Shown here in pieces: positions 1-8,940 of a stretch of 25,703 nt of DNA. The notes beneath the pieces are model-generated. The model saw nothing but the letters and a program-made list of their open reading frames with translations. It made no database searches and had not been told where the DNA came from. Every line of letters begins with the position of its first letter. Position 1 is the stretch's first letter. Source of the DNA: an archaeon (GTDB lineage Archaea > Iainarchaeota > Iainarchaeia > Iainarchaeales > 1-14-0-10-31-34); the NCBI GenBank assembly GCA_024277355.1, contig JAJRVL010000006.1, positions 1 to 25,703 on the forward strand, read 5' to 3'. The position numbers were made by a program, and so were the translations under genes.

Positions 1-1826
1 CAATAGGAGAAAAACAAAAAAAATTCATTGAAAAACAGGAATTAATGAACAAACAATTAGAAGAAACAAAAGAAAGAATAGAAGAAACAAGAATTTTACT
101 GTCAGAAAAAGAAATAAAAGCAGAAAAAGAAAAAATAAAAATAGAAGAAACAAAACAAAAAATAGAAGAAATAGAAATAAAATTAGAAGAAAAAAGCATT
201 CAGCTTGAAAAAGAAAAAGAAAAATACTTCAATAAAAAAAGCGAAACAGAAAGAATAGAAAAAGAAATTAAAATGCATTCATCTTTTTTAAAAGAAATAC
301 AAGAAGACTTAAACAACCAGAAATTAAAAGAAAACGCTTTATCATTAAAAAACACAGAAAAAAAATTACAGGAATTAGAAAAAGATTTAGAAGTAAAAGA
401 AAAAAAAGAAGAAATAAAAGAAGAAATACTGAAATTAAAAGAAATAAAAGAAAAACTAGAAAAAGAAATTAAAGCAATACTTGAAACATTAGATGAATTA
501 GGAAGCGTTGAAAGAGAAGAAAAAATAAAAAAACAAAAAAATGAAGCAGAAAAAAGTTTAGAAGAAAGCATAAAAGAAAAAGAAAAAATCAATTTAATTC
601 TAGAAGAAATAAAAAAAGAAAAAGAAGAAACAAAAAATCAGTTAACTGAATTCAAAAAAGAAGTTTTAACTGAAAACAGTTTAATTGAAGAAGTAAACAA
701 AGAAAAAATTTTACTAAAAGAATTAGAATTGAAAAGAAATTCAATAAAAGAAAACTTAAAAGAAAAAGAAGAAACAAAAAGTGATTCAGGAAATGAAATA
801 GAAGAAACCGAAGAAGAAATAATTGAAACAGAAAAAAACATTAAAAAAGAAGAAGAAAAAACAACTGAAGTTGAAAAAAAAATAAAAGAATTAACCATTG
901 AACTGGAAAAACAAAACAGGCAGAGTCATTTATTTTATGAAGAAAAAGAAAAAGTAAATAAAAAAATAGAAGGAATAAAAGACAAAAAATCAGTAACTGA
1001 AAATTCAATAGCAAAACTATCAAGGCAGGAAAATGAAATAAGAATCGACAACTCAAAAAATGAAGTAAGGATTGCAGATTTAGAAGAAGAAATTAAATCA
1101 TTTGAAGAAACAGAAGTTATTGAAGGAAAAGAATTAGGTGAATTAAAAGAAAGACTGAATAAAATTGAAAGAAGAATTAAAGAATTAGGCGCAGTAAACA
1201 TGAAAGCAATTGATTCATTCCAGGGACAAACAAAAGAATTAATTGAAATAAAAGAAAAAGCACAAAAATTAGATGAAGAAAGAATTGCAGTATTAGACTT
1301 AATTGAAAAAATAGAAATAAAAAGAGCTTCAGCTTTTAATGAATGCTTTACAGAAATAAATGAAAACTTTAAGAAAATGTATTATTCTTTAGGAGAAAAA
1401 GAAGGAATACTGAAATTAACTGAAGAAACTGATAAAACTAAAGCAGGATTATTAATTGAAGCAAAATATTCAGAAAATAAAATGATTAATATTGATTCAA
1501 TGAGCGGAGGAGAAAAAACTTTAACAGCCTTAGCATTTTTGTTTTCAATTCAGTTATATAAGCCTGCTCCATTTTATGTTTTTGATGAAGCAGACGCAGC
1601 ATTAGATAAAACTAATTCATTAAAAATGGCTAAAATGATTTATGAAGTATGCAGAAAAAGCCAGTTTATTGCAATAACTCATAATGATTCTTTAGTTAAA
1701 GAAGCAGATCAGATTATTGGAGTTGCATTAAACAAACAGAAAAGTTCAGTTATAGGACTGAAATTAAAAGACAAACTTGAACAAGAAATTAATGAAAATA
1801 ATAAAACTGATGTTTCAGTAAGCTGA
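1..1826 (+). CDS. smc: Chromosome segregation ATPase SMC, C-terminal ~600 aa (5'-truncated by window edge)
   Basis: The frame is open from the window edge, with no stop upstream of the first ATG at 45. About 400 aa of K/E/I-rich coiled coil precede the SMC/ABC C-terminal head: signature motif SGGEKTLTALAFLFS, Walker B FYVFDEADAALD, then ITHN. Confidence 0.9.
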   Translation, partial: IGEKQKKFIEKQELMNKQLEETKERIEETRILLSEKEIKAEKEKIKIEETKQKIEEIEIKLEEKSIQLEKEKEKYFNKKSETERIEKEIKMHSSFLKEIQEDLNNQKLKENALSLKNTEKKLQELEKDLEVKEKKEEIKEEILKLKEIKEKLEKEIKAILETLDELGSVEREEKIKKQKNEAEKSLEESIKEKEKINLILEEIKKEKEETKNQLTEFKKEVLTENSLIEEVNKEKILLKELELKRNSIKENLKEKEETKSDSGNEIEETEEEIIETEKNIKKEEEKTTEVEKKIKELTIELEKQNRQSHLFYEEKEKVNKKIEGIKDKKSVTENSIAKLSRQENEIRIDNSKNEVRIADLEEEIKSFEETEVIEGKELGELKERLNKIERRIKELGAVNMKAIDSFQGQTKELIEIKEKAQKLDEERIAVLDLIEKIEIKRASAFNECFTEINENFKKMYYSLGEKEGILKLTEETDKTKAGLLIEAKYSENKMINIDSMSGGEKTLTALAFLFSIQLYKPAPFYVFDEADAALDKTNSLKMAKMIYEVCRKSQFIAITHNDSLVKEADQIIGVALNKQKSSVIGLKLKDKLEQEINENNKTDVSVS

Positions 1827-1831
1827 TTAAA

Positions 1832-4174
1832 TTATTTTTTTTGACTGATTGCTTTTTTTGTTTTTGCTTTCAGTAGTTTAGTCTTTTTCAGGGTTTCTTT
1901 TTTTTCTTTAATTGAATCCGTTAATTCTTTTATTGAATCTTTTTTTAATTCAATTTCTTCATCGATTAATTCAGCGTATTTTTCATTGAATTCTTTAATT
2001 GAAATAAGGTTTTTTGATTTTAATTTTTTTAAGTCTCTTATTATTCTTTCTCTTGCTCTTGCTTTTTCTTTTTTTTCTTCTGATTCAATTAAATGAGAAG
2101 AAATTGAATGCATTTTAGTTCTTAATTCTTTTATCTGGAAAGAATAATCATTATTTAATTCTGAATGCTTTTCTTCTGAAATTTTTCCTTTAAAAAAAGC
2201 ATCATCTGAATTTCTTTTTAATTTTCTTATTTCATCTAACTGCTGTTCTAAAGTCTGTTCTTTTGTTTTTCTTGTAAACAGGAAAACAAAAGAAACAATA
2301 ATTAAAATTAAAAAAACAACTGCTAACGCAATTAAACCTGTGTCAGAAACTAAATTTTGTTTGGGTTTTTCTTCTGAATCAATAAAATCTGTTTCAGTAA
2401 AATCAGCATAATACGGATAAACTGAATCAGAAACAGCAAACAATTCTTCTGAAAGATAAGCTAAAGCTAAACCGCTTTTTATTTTATCTAATGCAGTTGA
2501 AGCATAACCTTGTTCTTTATAAAAGTCTGCTGCATTTAAAAAATATTTCGCATGGTCTAAATAAAGCCTGCTCCAGACAAAAGGATAATTTCTTAAAGAA
2601 AGATTTTTGTCAACTGCATTAATTTTTTCTTTTAAAAGGTTATATGATTCAGTTAAAGAAAGGTCTTTTGATTCCATTGAAGATTTAATTAAAGCATAAC
2701 TTGAAGCTGAATCAAAAGCAGTAACTAAATACCATGAATAATATTCTGCCTGCTTAGCAGAATTAAGTCTTCTTAAAATATCATCTTTTTCTGTTTCATC
2801 TAATGAATCAATTGAGTTTTCTGAAGCAATAATATAATTATCTGAATAATTTTTAAAAAAATCATCAGCCTTTACTTTTTTTTGAGACGAATTTGTTTTG
2901 GTATATAATTCTCTTGCAGTTTCAAACCAAGCTAAAGCAAACTCATAATCTTCAATTCTTTTCATCGAATCTAATTCCTGTGTTCTTGCACCAGAAGAAA
3001 TAACTATTTCAGATACATTTTCTATTTTTTCAATATTTATTTCAGCCCATAATAATCTTTGTTTTGCTGCAATATGCCATTCAAGGAAATCAATTGGAAT
3101 AAATCCATCTAAATTTTCTTTTAAATTTTCAATATTCTTTTTTAAGCCGTCAACTTTTAATACAAACAATTTTGAATCAGACTGCAAAATTGAAGGGTTC
3201 TCTGAAACGTCTTTAACTAAAGAAGCATAAACTTTTGCAATAAAAATATTATTTGCAGCTGAATACAAATAATTTTTTTCATATAATATTTCACCTTGAG
3301 TTAAACTTTGTTCAGCTGAATTCAAAGTAGTTAACAAAAAAGAAATTTCTGATCCATCTTCAATTGAAGTATTAGATAAAGCAGTTCGTGCTCCTTTAAT
3401 AGTTACTTTTGCTTCACCCAGCATTCTTTTAGATAATTCTTTCATTATTTTTAAGTCATCTGATTCAGGCAAAGGTTCAGGCAGGAATTCATTTATTTCT
3501 GAAGCTAATTCCTTTGAAGCATTAACATCAATTTCTTTTATTTCAGAAAAAGCATATTTTAATACTTCATCTATTCCTGAAACTTCAATTACTTTCATAT
3601 TCCAATTTTCTTCTGCATAATTAATTAAATTAATTGTTTTAACTGAATCATCTGTTTTAATTACCTGTCTTGATTCGCCTTTAGGAATCATAAATAATTT
3701 TAATCCAATTCTGTTTGCTTCCTCGCTTTTTGCAAAAACTCCTCCAACAGGGCCAACTTTTCCCTGATTTGAAATGGTTCCGGTTATTCCTACTTCATAA
3801 TTTAATGTTTTGTTTTGAAGCATTGAAATAGTCAATAAAGCCATTGCAGCACCTGCACTTGGCCCTTCAACAATTGAAGCATCAGAATCAATATCAAATA
3901 AGAAATCATAGTTTTTTGTTTCATCAGAATAATTTGATGCGACACTTAAAGCAGTTCTTTCAGCACTTTGAGTTGTTGTTCCAACTAAAGGATTAACATT
4001 ACTCCAGATTTCCCCTGTTCCTTCTCTAATAGTTAAATGCAAGTCAGCTGTAACTGCATCGCCTTCAGTTGTAACAGCAAAAATTTTCATTGAACCATTA
4101 GGCAGTACAGCAAAAACATTAGATAAAAGTAAAATAAAAATAAACAAACAAAAAAACTTTTTTTGGATAACCAT
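1832..4174 (-). CDS. Membrane-anchored extracytoplasmic Lon-like (S16) serine protease lacking an AAA+ module
   Basis: 780-aa ORF with an N-terminal signal peptide (KKFFCLFIFILLLSNVFA). Lon proteolytic-domain motifs: catalytic Ser context EGPSAGAAMAL (Ser106, nt 3857-3859), Lys context GPVGGVFAKSEEA (Lys149), then LFMIPKG. These are followed by a ~460-aa helical region, one TM helix GLIALAVVFLILIIVSFVFLF (nt 2276-2338) and a 147-aa K/E-rich coiled-coil tail. No Walker A motif is seen. Confidence 0.75.
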   Translation of the reverse strand: MVIQKKFFCLFIFILLLSNVFAVLPNGSMKIFAVTTEGDAVTADLHLTIREGTGEIWSNVNPLVGTTTQSAERTALSVASNYSDETKNYDFLFDIDSDASIVEGPSAGAAMALLTISMLQNKTLNYEVGITGTISNQGKVGPVGGVFAKSEEANRIGLKLFMIPKGESRQVIKTDDSVKTINLINYAEENWNMKVIEVSGIDEVLKYAFSEIKEIDVNASKELASEINEFLPEPLPESDDLKIMKELSKRMLGEAKVTIKGARTALSNTSIEDGSEISFLLTTLNSAEQSLTQGEILYEKNYLYSAANNIFIAKVYASLVKDVSENPSILQSDSKLFVLKVDGLKKNIENLKENLDGFIPIDFLEWHIAAKQRLLWAEINIEKIENVSEIVISSGARTQELDSMKRIEDYEFALAWFETARELYTKTNSSQKKVKADDFFKNYSDNYIIASENSIDSLDETEKDDILRRLNSAKQAEYYSWYLVTAFDSASSYALIKSSMESKDLSLTESYNLLKEKINAVDKNLSLRNYPFVWSRLYLDHAKYFLNAADFYKEQGYASTALDKIKSGLALAYLSEELFAVSDSVYPYYADFTETDFIDSEEKPKQNLVSDTGLIALAVVFLILIIVSFVFLFTRKTKEQTLEQQLDEIRKLKRNSDDAFFKGKISEEKHSELNNDYSFQIKELRTKMHSISSHLIESEEKKEKARARERIIRDLKKLKSKNLISIKEFNEKYAELIDEEIELKKDSIKELTDSIKEKKETLKKTKLLKAKTKKAISQKK

Positions 4175-4235
4175 AAACTAACCAATAAAATAAAAGAAAA
4201 AAGAGTTAATAATTGTTTTGCTTTTTTTAGTTCTT

Positions 4236-4901
4236 ATGAATAAAGGCCACGAACAAGTATGGAAAGAAAATAACTGGAAAAGATTTACTTCAACACACAT
4301 AAAAAAAGTTCTCCCAATAATTAAAGAAAACAAAGCAAAAAGAATTCTGGATTTAGCCTGCGGTCCCTGTTTAGGAGGAGCATTTCTTTTAAAAGAAAAA
4401 GGATTTAATGTTTTTGGGTTTGATGCATCAAAAACAGCAATAAGAAAATGCAGTGAAAAACTTGAAGAAAAAAAACTTTTAATTGGAAATATGTATGAAA
4501 AACTTCCTTATGAAAATGATTTTTTTGACTGTGTTATCTGCTTTCAGGCAATAAACCATGGAACACTAAAAGAAATAAGAAATTGTTTCAGTGAAATTTC
4601 AAGGATACTAAAAAAAGACGGATTGTTTTTTGTTTCATGCGGATTAAGAAATATTTTTAAAAAAGAAACAAAAAATATTTTTGTTAATGAAGTTGACAAC
4701 GAAAAATGGAGTTATTCAGAAAAAGATAATACTTTTACGCCGATAACTGGAATGGAAAAAGGAATACTTCATTATTTTTTTGAAGAAAATGAATTAATAA
4801 ATGAATTAGAAAAATATTTTGAATTACAAAAAATAGAAAATAAAAAAATAATTAAAGCAGGAGCTAAAGGGCATTTAGCTTATGCTAGAAATAAAAAATA
4901 A
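4236..4901 (+). CDS. Class I SAM-dependent methyltransferase
   Basis: SAM-binding motif I variant ILDLACGPCLGG, post-I acidic residue in FGFDAS, and DCVICFQAINH (motif II/III region). The tracked ORF opens at TTG 4218; the ATG at 4236 (MNKGHEQ...) is the more likely start. Confidence 0.75.
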   Translation: MNKGHEQVWKENNWKRFTSTHIKKVLPIIKENKAKRILDLACGPCLGGAFLLKEKGFNVFGFDASKTAIRKCSEKLEEKKLLIGNMYEKLPYENDFFDCVICFQAINHGTLKEIRNCFSEISRILKKDGLFFVSCGLRNIFKKETKNIFVNEVDNEKWSYSEKDNTFTPITGMEKGILHYFFEENELINELEKYFELQKIENKKIIKAGAKGHLAYARNKK

Positions 4902-4942
4902 AAAAAAGAAAAGAGGTTTAGCCGAATAAAGAGCCTAAACCT
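4901..4942 (-). terminator. Putative terminator of the ribosomal cluster: hairpin spanning the rpl12 stop codon followed by an oligo-T tract
   Basis: The minus strand reads AGGTTTAG-(13 nt)-CTAAACCT, an 8-bp stem (4914-4921 pairing with 4935-4942). It is immediately followed by CTTTTCTTTTTTTT. Confidence 0.4.
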
Positions 4943-5217
4943 GCTGCTGCTTCTTCTTCAGTTTTGCCTTTGTCTTCTACTTTTTCTTCTTTCTTTTCTT
5001 CGCCTGCTGGTGCTGAAGCTTGTGCTGGTGCTGCTGGCATAACTGAAGCTGATTTAATTGCTTCTTCTATATCAACATCTTTTAATGATGCAACTAAAGC
5101 TTTAACTCTTGATGAATCAACTTCAATTCCTGCTGCCTTTAAGACATCAGTAACTGCTTTTTCGTTGATTTCTTTTTTTGCGGCGTGCAAAAGCATTGCA
5201 GAATATACATACTCCAT
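4918..5217 (-). CDS. rpl12: Ribosomal stalk protein P1 (archaeal L12)
   Basis: [19 protein letters not shown]... N-terminal dimerisation domain, A/P/E/K-rich hinge, and the conserved C-terminal stalk peptide [13 protein letters not shown]. The start is moved to the ATG at 5217, preceded by GGAGGG. The tracked ORF begins 13 codons upstream. Confidence 0.93.
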   Translation of the reverse strand: MEYVYSAMLLHAAKKEINEKAVTDVLKAAGIEVDSSRVKALVASLKDVDIEEAIKSASVMPAAPAQASAPAGEEKKEEKVEDKGKTEEEAAAGLGSLFG

Positions 5218-5266
5218 TTTATTCCCTCCAAAAAATATAATTGAATAAAAAATCAATTAACAATAA

Positions 5267-6298
5267 TTACTTTTTCTCCTCTTTTTTTTCTTCTTTAGTT
5301 TCTTCTTTTTTGTTTTCAGTTTCTTCTTTAACTTTTTCTTCTGGTTTTACATCTTCTTTTTTGTCTTCAGCTTTTTCTTCTGTTTTGGTTTCTTCTTTCT
5401 TTTCTTCAGCTGGTTTTTCTTCTTGTGTTTTTTGATCAACCTTTTTTTCTAAAAAAGGTTGTTTTACTTTTGATTTTAAAACTGATGCCTGTAAATTTGC
5501 TTTTGAAATAAATGATTCAATTGTTTTTGAATTCATAATATTTGCTTCTAAAGCTAAATTCATTGAATCAAACACTGCTTTAGTTAAAAGCAAAGGAATT
5601 GTTTCTGAGTTTGTATAAGAAAGATTTAATGCTAAATTAAATGCGTTTTGTCTTGCTGAAACAAAGTTATTGAATACTTCTTCTTCATCAAAGTCTAATA
5701 CTTCTGCTTTAAATAATTCTCCTTTTTCATATACTGCAGTTAAATTTAATTTAACTTTAATTGGTTTAATATTTAATTTAGATAAAACTGATGCTACTGC
5801 TTCAGAGACTTTTTCTCCTTTTTTGCATACAACAGTGTCTTCTGAAACTTCAATTGAAGCTCCGGCTAATTTAACTTTTAACCCTGCTGCTTTTAAGTCG
5901 CTTAATGCTGGACCTGGGGGCAAACCTGTGTCTCCTGCAGGAACAATAATATCTATAGGAGAAATCATTCCTGTTTTAGCAGGAGAATTTCCTTTATTTT
6001 TTTTAATTAAAGAATATAATTCAAATGCATTTAATTCAGTGAATACAACTGCAATTGAATCTTTAGTAAAATCTTTTAATCCTGAATCTTTTAGTTTTGA
6101 CTGCTCTAATGCTTTCTGAAAAATTCTTGTTTTTGAAACTTTTACAACAGCCTTATCAGCTAATAATTTTCTTACATCAGCAAACAAGTTAGCAGAAAAA
6201 TTTTTTAGTTCTGCTACACCTACAATAGGATATTTATCAAATAACTGTTTTAATTCTTCTACTTGAGATTTTTTCCAGTCAATTGCATTAGAAGTCAT
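5267..6298 (-). CDS. rpl10: Ribosomal stalk protein P0 (uL10)
   Basis: 343 aa, positioned between rpl1 and rpl12 as in other archaea. Its ATG overlaps the rpl1 stop (ATGA), and a GGAGG lies upstream. The uL10/P0-like N-terminal body is followed by a long K/E-rich tail. Confidence 0.9.
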   Translation of the reverse strand: MTSNAIDWKKSQVEELKQLFDKYPIVGVAELKNFSANLFADVRKLLADKAVVKVSKTRIFQKALEQSKLKDSGLKDFTKDSIAVVFTELNAFELYSLIKKNKGNSPAKTGMISPIDIIVPAGDTGLPPGPALSDLKAAGLKVKLAGASIEVSEDTVVCKKGEKVSEAVASVLSKLNIKPIKVKLNLTAVYEKGELFKAEVLDFDEEEVFNNFVSARQNAFNLALNLSYTNSETIPLLLTKAVFDSMNLALEANIMNSKTIESFISKANLQASVLKSKVKQPFLEKKVDQKTQEEKPAEEKKEETKTEEKAEDKKEDVKPEEKVKEETENKKEETKEEKKEEKK

Positions 6299-6960
6299 TT
6301 TTTTGCCTCCTTTTCGCCGATTTTAATTGGAGGACCCATTGTAAGTTTTACAAGGACTGACTTAATGTTTTGATTTTTTGCAGGAAGTTTTTCTTCAACT
6401 GCATTATATATTGTTAAAATGTTTTCAGCTAAATCCACATCCTGCATTACTTCTTTTCCTACATTAACATGAATTAAAGGCATGAATTTTCCTTTTTTGT
6501 TTGTAAGTCTTGTACTTCCTGATGAAGATTCAAGTACAGATTGAACTTGTCTTAAATCCTGAGTAATTGGTTTAGGCATTTTTCCTCTTGGGGCTAAAGT
6601 TTGTCCCAAGAATTTTCCTACTGCAAGAATTGCAGGACCTTCAGCTAATAAAACATCATAAGTTTCAGCTATTTCCTGAATTTCTTTTTTAGATAACTTT
6701 GAGATTTCAGGTTCCATTATAATTTTTGAAACAATTCCGGTTAATTGTTTAGCAAAATCTTTGTCTTTGACAAAAGCTAAAGAATTAGCTTTTTTTGCTG
6801 AACCGTGAGGAATTTTTACTTCTAAGTCAATTCTATTTGCTGCTTTTTTAAAGTCAATTCCTTTAAAATTAATAGTTAAGTCTACTGACTGCTGGAATTT
6901 TCTTTTCTTAGATTTGTCTCTTGCTTCAGATAAAGCCTGAATTATTTCTTCTTGTTTCAT
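6295..6960 (-). CDS. rpl1: Ribosomal protein uL1
   Basis: 221 aa with typical uL1 features (KKRKFQQSVDLTINFKGIDFKK..., LAPRGKMPKP). GGAGG lies 8 nt upstream of the ATG. Conserved position in the L11-L1-P0-P1 cluster. Confidence 0.93.
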   Translation of the reverse strand: MKQEEIIQALSEARDKSKKRKFQQSVDLTINFKGIDFKKAANRIDLEVKIPHGSAKKANSLAFVKDKDFAKQLTGIVSKIIMEPEISKLSKKEIQEIAETYDVLLAEGPAILAVGKFLGQTLAPRGKMPKPITQDLRQVQSVLESSSGSTRLTNKKGKFMPLIHVNVGKEVMQDVDLAENILTIYNAVEEKLPAKNQNIKSVLVKLTMGPPIKIGEKEAKK

Positions 6961-7050
6961 ATAAAAATTGCCTCCTGCTTAAAGCAGTCAAACAGCGTAA
7001 AATTAAGTTTATTATAAGAAAAAAGTAAACAAAAAGGTTTAAAAAAGGAA

Positions 7051-7395
7051 TTATTTTTTCTTTTTTCTTGATTTTTTAGCTTCAAGGGATAAATCAAGGC
7101 TAATCATTGAATGAATATAATCTTCATTACCTAATTTTTCTATTGCTTTATCAGAAATACCTAATTCTTTAAGTCTTGCATAATCAGATTCAATTGAAGG
7201 AGTTCCTCTTTTGTTTTTTGAAATAATTTTTTTATTTGCCTGCATTTTTTTTGGTCTTTTTTTTGCTGCAGCTTGCAATTTTAGTTTTTTAAGCAAAGCA
7301 AGATTTATATTAATTATTTTCTGTCTTTTAACCAGATTCTTTTTTCCAGCAGGAGTTAATCTTCTTGTTTTTAATCTTGGTTTAGGTTTAGGCAT
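7051..7395 (-). CDS. Hypothetical highly basic (K/R-rich) small protein, possible nucleic-acid binder
   Basis: 114-aa ORF with K/R-rich N- and C-termini (MPKPKPRLKTRRL..., ...KKSRKKKK) and a short helix-hairpin-helix-like stretch (LKELGISDKAIEKLG). An AT-rich TATA-like sequence (CTTTATATATT on the coding strand) sits ~25-35 nt upstream of the ATG, and there is no SD. I recognise no family. Confidence 0.5.
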   Translation of the reverse strand: MPKPKPRLKTRRLTPAGKKNLVKRQKIININLALLKKLKLQAAAKKRPKKMQANKKIISKNKRGTPSIESDYARLKELGISDKAIEKLGNEDYIHSMISLDLSLEAKKSRKKKK

Positions 7396-7442
7396 AAAAA
7401 GATAATTGTATTAGAAATATATAAAGGTTATGGAATAAAAAA

Positions 7443-7874
7443 ATGAAATCAGAAAAATTTATTGAATTAAGAAAAGCAAAAAGTTTAGCTGTATTAATTA
7501 CAGCAACAACAATTATTTTATACATAACAAAGGGCTTGTTTTTGGCTTCAGAAATCTTAATGATTTTTTTAGGTTTAAGTGCGTTAATTAAAACAAAAAT
7601 TAACAGAACTAAATTAAACGAAAAAAAATCTGAAATAAAAAAAGGATTTTATTTTTCTGTTTCAGCAGTAATTTTTGGTTTTTTAATTGAAAAGTTTTTT
7701 GAATTAAATTTTATAATTGAATCAATTTTATTTGCTTTAATTTTTGCAGTCATTAAAGAAATTTATTCTGAAAAAAAAGAGAAATGGATTAATGCTTTTG
7801 TTTTAACTGGAAGCATTTTGATTTTTTCAGGAACAATTTTATTAATTAAATTAGACTTAATGAAATTTATTTGA
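7443..7874 (+). CDS. Hypothetical small integral membrane protein (about 4 predicted TM segments)
   Basis: 143-aa ORF with several hydrophobic stretches (LAVLITATTIILYI, ILMIFLGLSALI, FYFSVSAVIFGFLI, FVLTGSILIFSGTILLI). No recognised motif. Confidence 0.5.
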   Translation: MKSEKFIELRKAKSLAVLITATTIILYITKGLFLASEILMIFLGLSALIKTKINRTKLNEKKSEIKKGFYFSVSAVIFGFLIEKFFELNFIIESILFALIFAVIKEIYSEKKEKWINAFVLTGSILIFSGTILLIKLDLMKFI

Positions 7875-7905
7875 TTCAGTTAATTAATTTTTTTAGTTGT
7901 TTAAA

Positions 7906-8376
7906 TTAATTTAATTTTGAATCAAATTTTCCTTCTTGTAAATCTTTAATGGCATCTTTTGCTTTTTTGTCTTCAATTGTAATCCCTAAAGAATTACATG
8001 AACCCATTATTTCTGAAACTTGAGATTTTAGTTTATATGAACTTAAATCTGAAGCCTTCATTTTAGCTAATTTTACTACCTGTTCAATTGAAAGATTCCC
8101 TACTTGAGTTTCTTTTGCATTTGCAGTTCCTTTTGCAATGTTTGCTTCTTTTAAAATTATTGAACTTACAGGAGGACTTCCCACTTCAATTTCAAAATTC
8201 TTTTTTGAATCAATTTTAATTTTAACCGGAACTTTCATTCCTGCATAATTTTTTGTTTTTTCATTTATTTCCTGAACGATTTTCTGAATATTTACTCCTA
8301 ATGGACCTAAAGCAGGCCCTAATGGTGCTGCAGGAGAAGCTTTTCCTCCTTCAACCATAACTGAAACTTCTGGCAT
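7906..8376 (-). CDS. rpl11: Ribosomal protein uL11
   Basis: 156 aa. The N-terminus GGKASPAAPLGPALGPLGVN matches the conserved uL11 motif. GGTGAG lies upstream of the ATG. Conserved position after spt5. Confidence 0.93.
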   Translation of the reverse strand: MPEVSVMVEGGKASPAAPLGPALGPLGVNIQKIVQEINEKTKNYAGMKVPVKIKIDSKKNFEIEVGSPPVSSIILKEANIAKGTANAKETQVGNLSIEQVVKLAKMKASDLSSYKLKSQVSEIMGSCNSLGITIEDKKAKDAIKDLQEGKFDSKLN

Positions 8377-8386
8377 TTTCTCTCAC

Positions 8387-8827
8387 CTAATCCTTTATTA
8401 TCCTAATGTGTTCTGCTTTAATTGTAACCGGAATTTTTACTGCTGCTTCAAGTAATTCAACTGTAACTTCTTCTTTTGTTGGATTAACTCTTGTAACTCT
8501 TGCTTTTTCTCCTTTAAAGGGCCCTGCAATTAATTCAATTTTTTGTCCTTCTTTAATTGACTTCATTAAAGGTTTTGCTTCAAGCAAAGAACTTAATTCA
8601 TCTATTTTTACTTCTCCGCCAACAATTCCTTTTCCTTTAATATGAGGAGTATTAGTTATTGCTCTTCTTATAGTTAATTCAGTGTCTGCTTCAATTAAGA
8701 CATAACCTTTTAATCCTGGAATGACACATAAAGAATAAATATCTAATTCATCTGTGTTTATTTTATTTGATAAAATGTCCACAACTAATGCTTCTTGTCC
8801 TACTGTTGTTCTTAATGTAAAAATCAC
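8387..8827 (-). CDS. spt5: Transcription elongation factor Spt5 (archaeal NusG)
   Basis: 146 aa with an NGN domain followed by a KOW motif (IELIAGPFKGEKARVTRV). GTG start preceded by AGGTGA. Conserved position between secE and rpl11. Confidence 0.9.
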   Translation of the reverse strand: MIFTLRTTVGQEALVVDILSNKINTDELDIYSLCVIPGLKGYVLIEADTELTIRRAITNTPHIKGKGIVGGEVKIDELSSLLEAKPLMKSIKEGQKIELIAGPFKGEKARVTRVNPTKEEVTVELLEAAVKIPVTIKAEHIRIIKD

Positions 8828-8940
8828 TATTTCACCTTTTTTTATACTTGCCTTTAAACTGCAATAAAATACTTCAAAAAACAGCTAAAAGCTTTAATAG
8901 TAATAAATATTGCATGCAAATAAATTTATTAATTAAACTG

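Noticed and set aside
60-900. Apparent short tandem repeats (GAAAAAGAA, AAAGAAGAA) suggestive of a satellite or array
   Set aside because: There is no fixed period or spacer structure. The pattern is explained by K/E heptad coiled-coil coding in an AT-rich genome. The same applies to the rplP0 tail (5267-5452) and the Lon-like tail (1832-2275).
200-1201. Minus-strand ORFs 200-592, 638-898, 841-1056 and 935-1201 inside smc
   Set aside because: They are F/S/L-rich low-complexity translations of the reverse complement of GAA/AAA-rich coiled-coil codons. They lie entirely within a well-supported SMC frame and are shadow ORFs.
4964-6119. Plus-strand ORFs 4964-5248, 5241-5435 and 5670-6119
   Set aside because: They are antisense to rpl12 and rplP0, have S/F/A-rich low-complexity products, and show no start-site signals.
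6975-6987. Small hairpin CTGCT-TAA-AGCAG abutting the rpl1 Shine-Dalgarno, considered as an L1 autoregulatory site
   Set aside because: It has only a 5-bp stem and a 3-nt loop. I cannot show any resemblance to the 23S rRNA L1-binding site, so the evidence is too weak to call.
8910-8919. Perfect 10-nt palindrome TTGCATGCAA in the secE-spt5 spacer
   Set aside because: It is short enough to occur by chance, occurs only once, and has no flanking symmetry or repeated copies.
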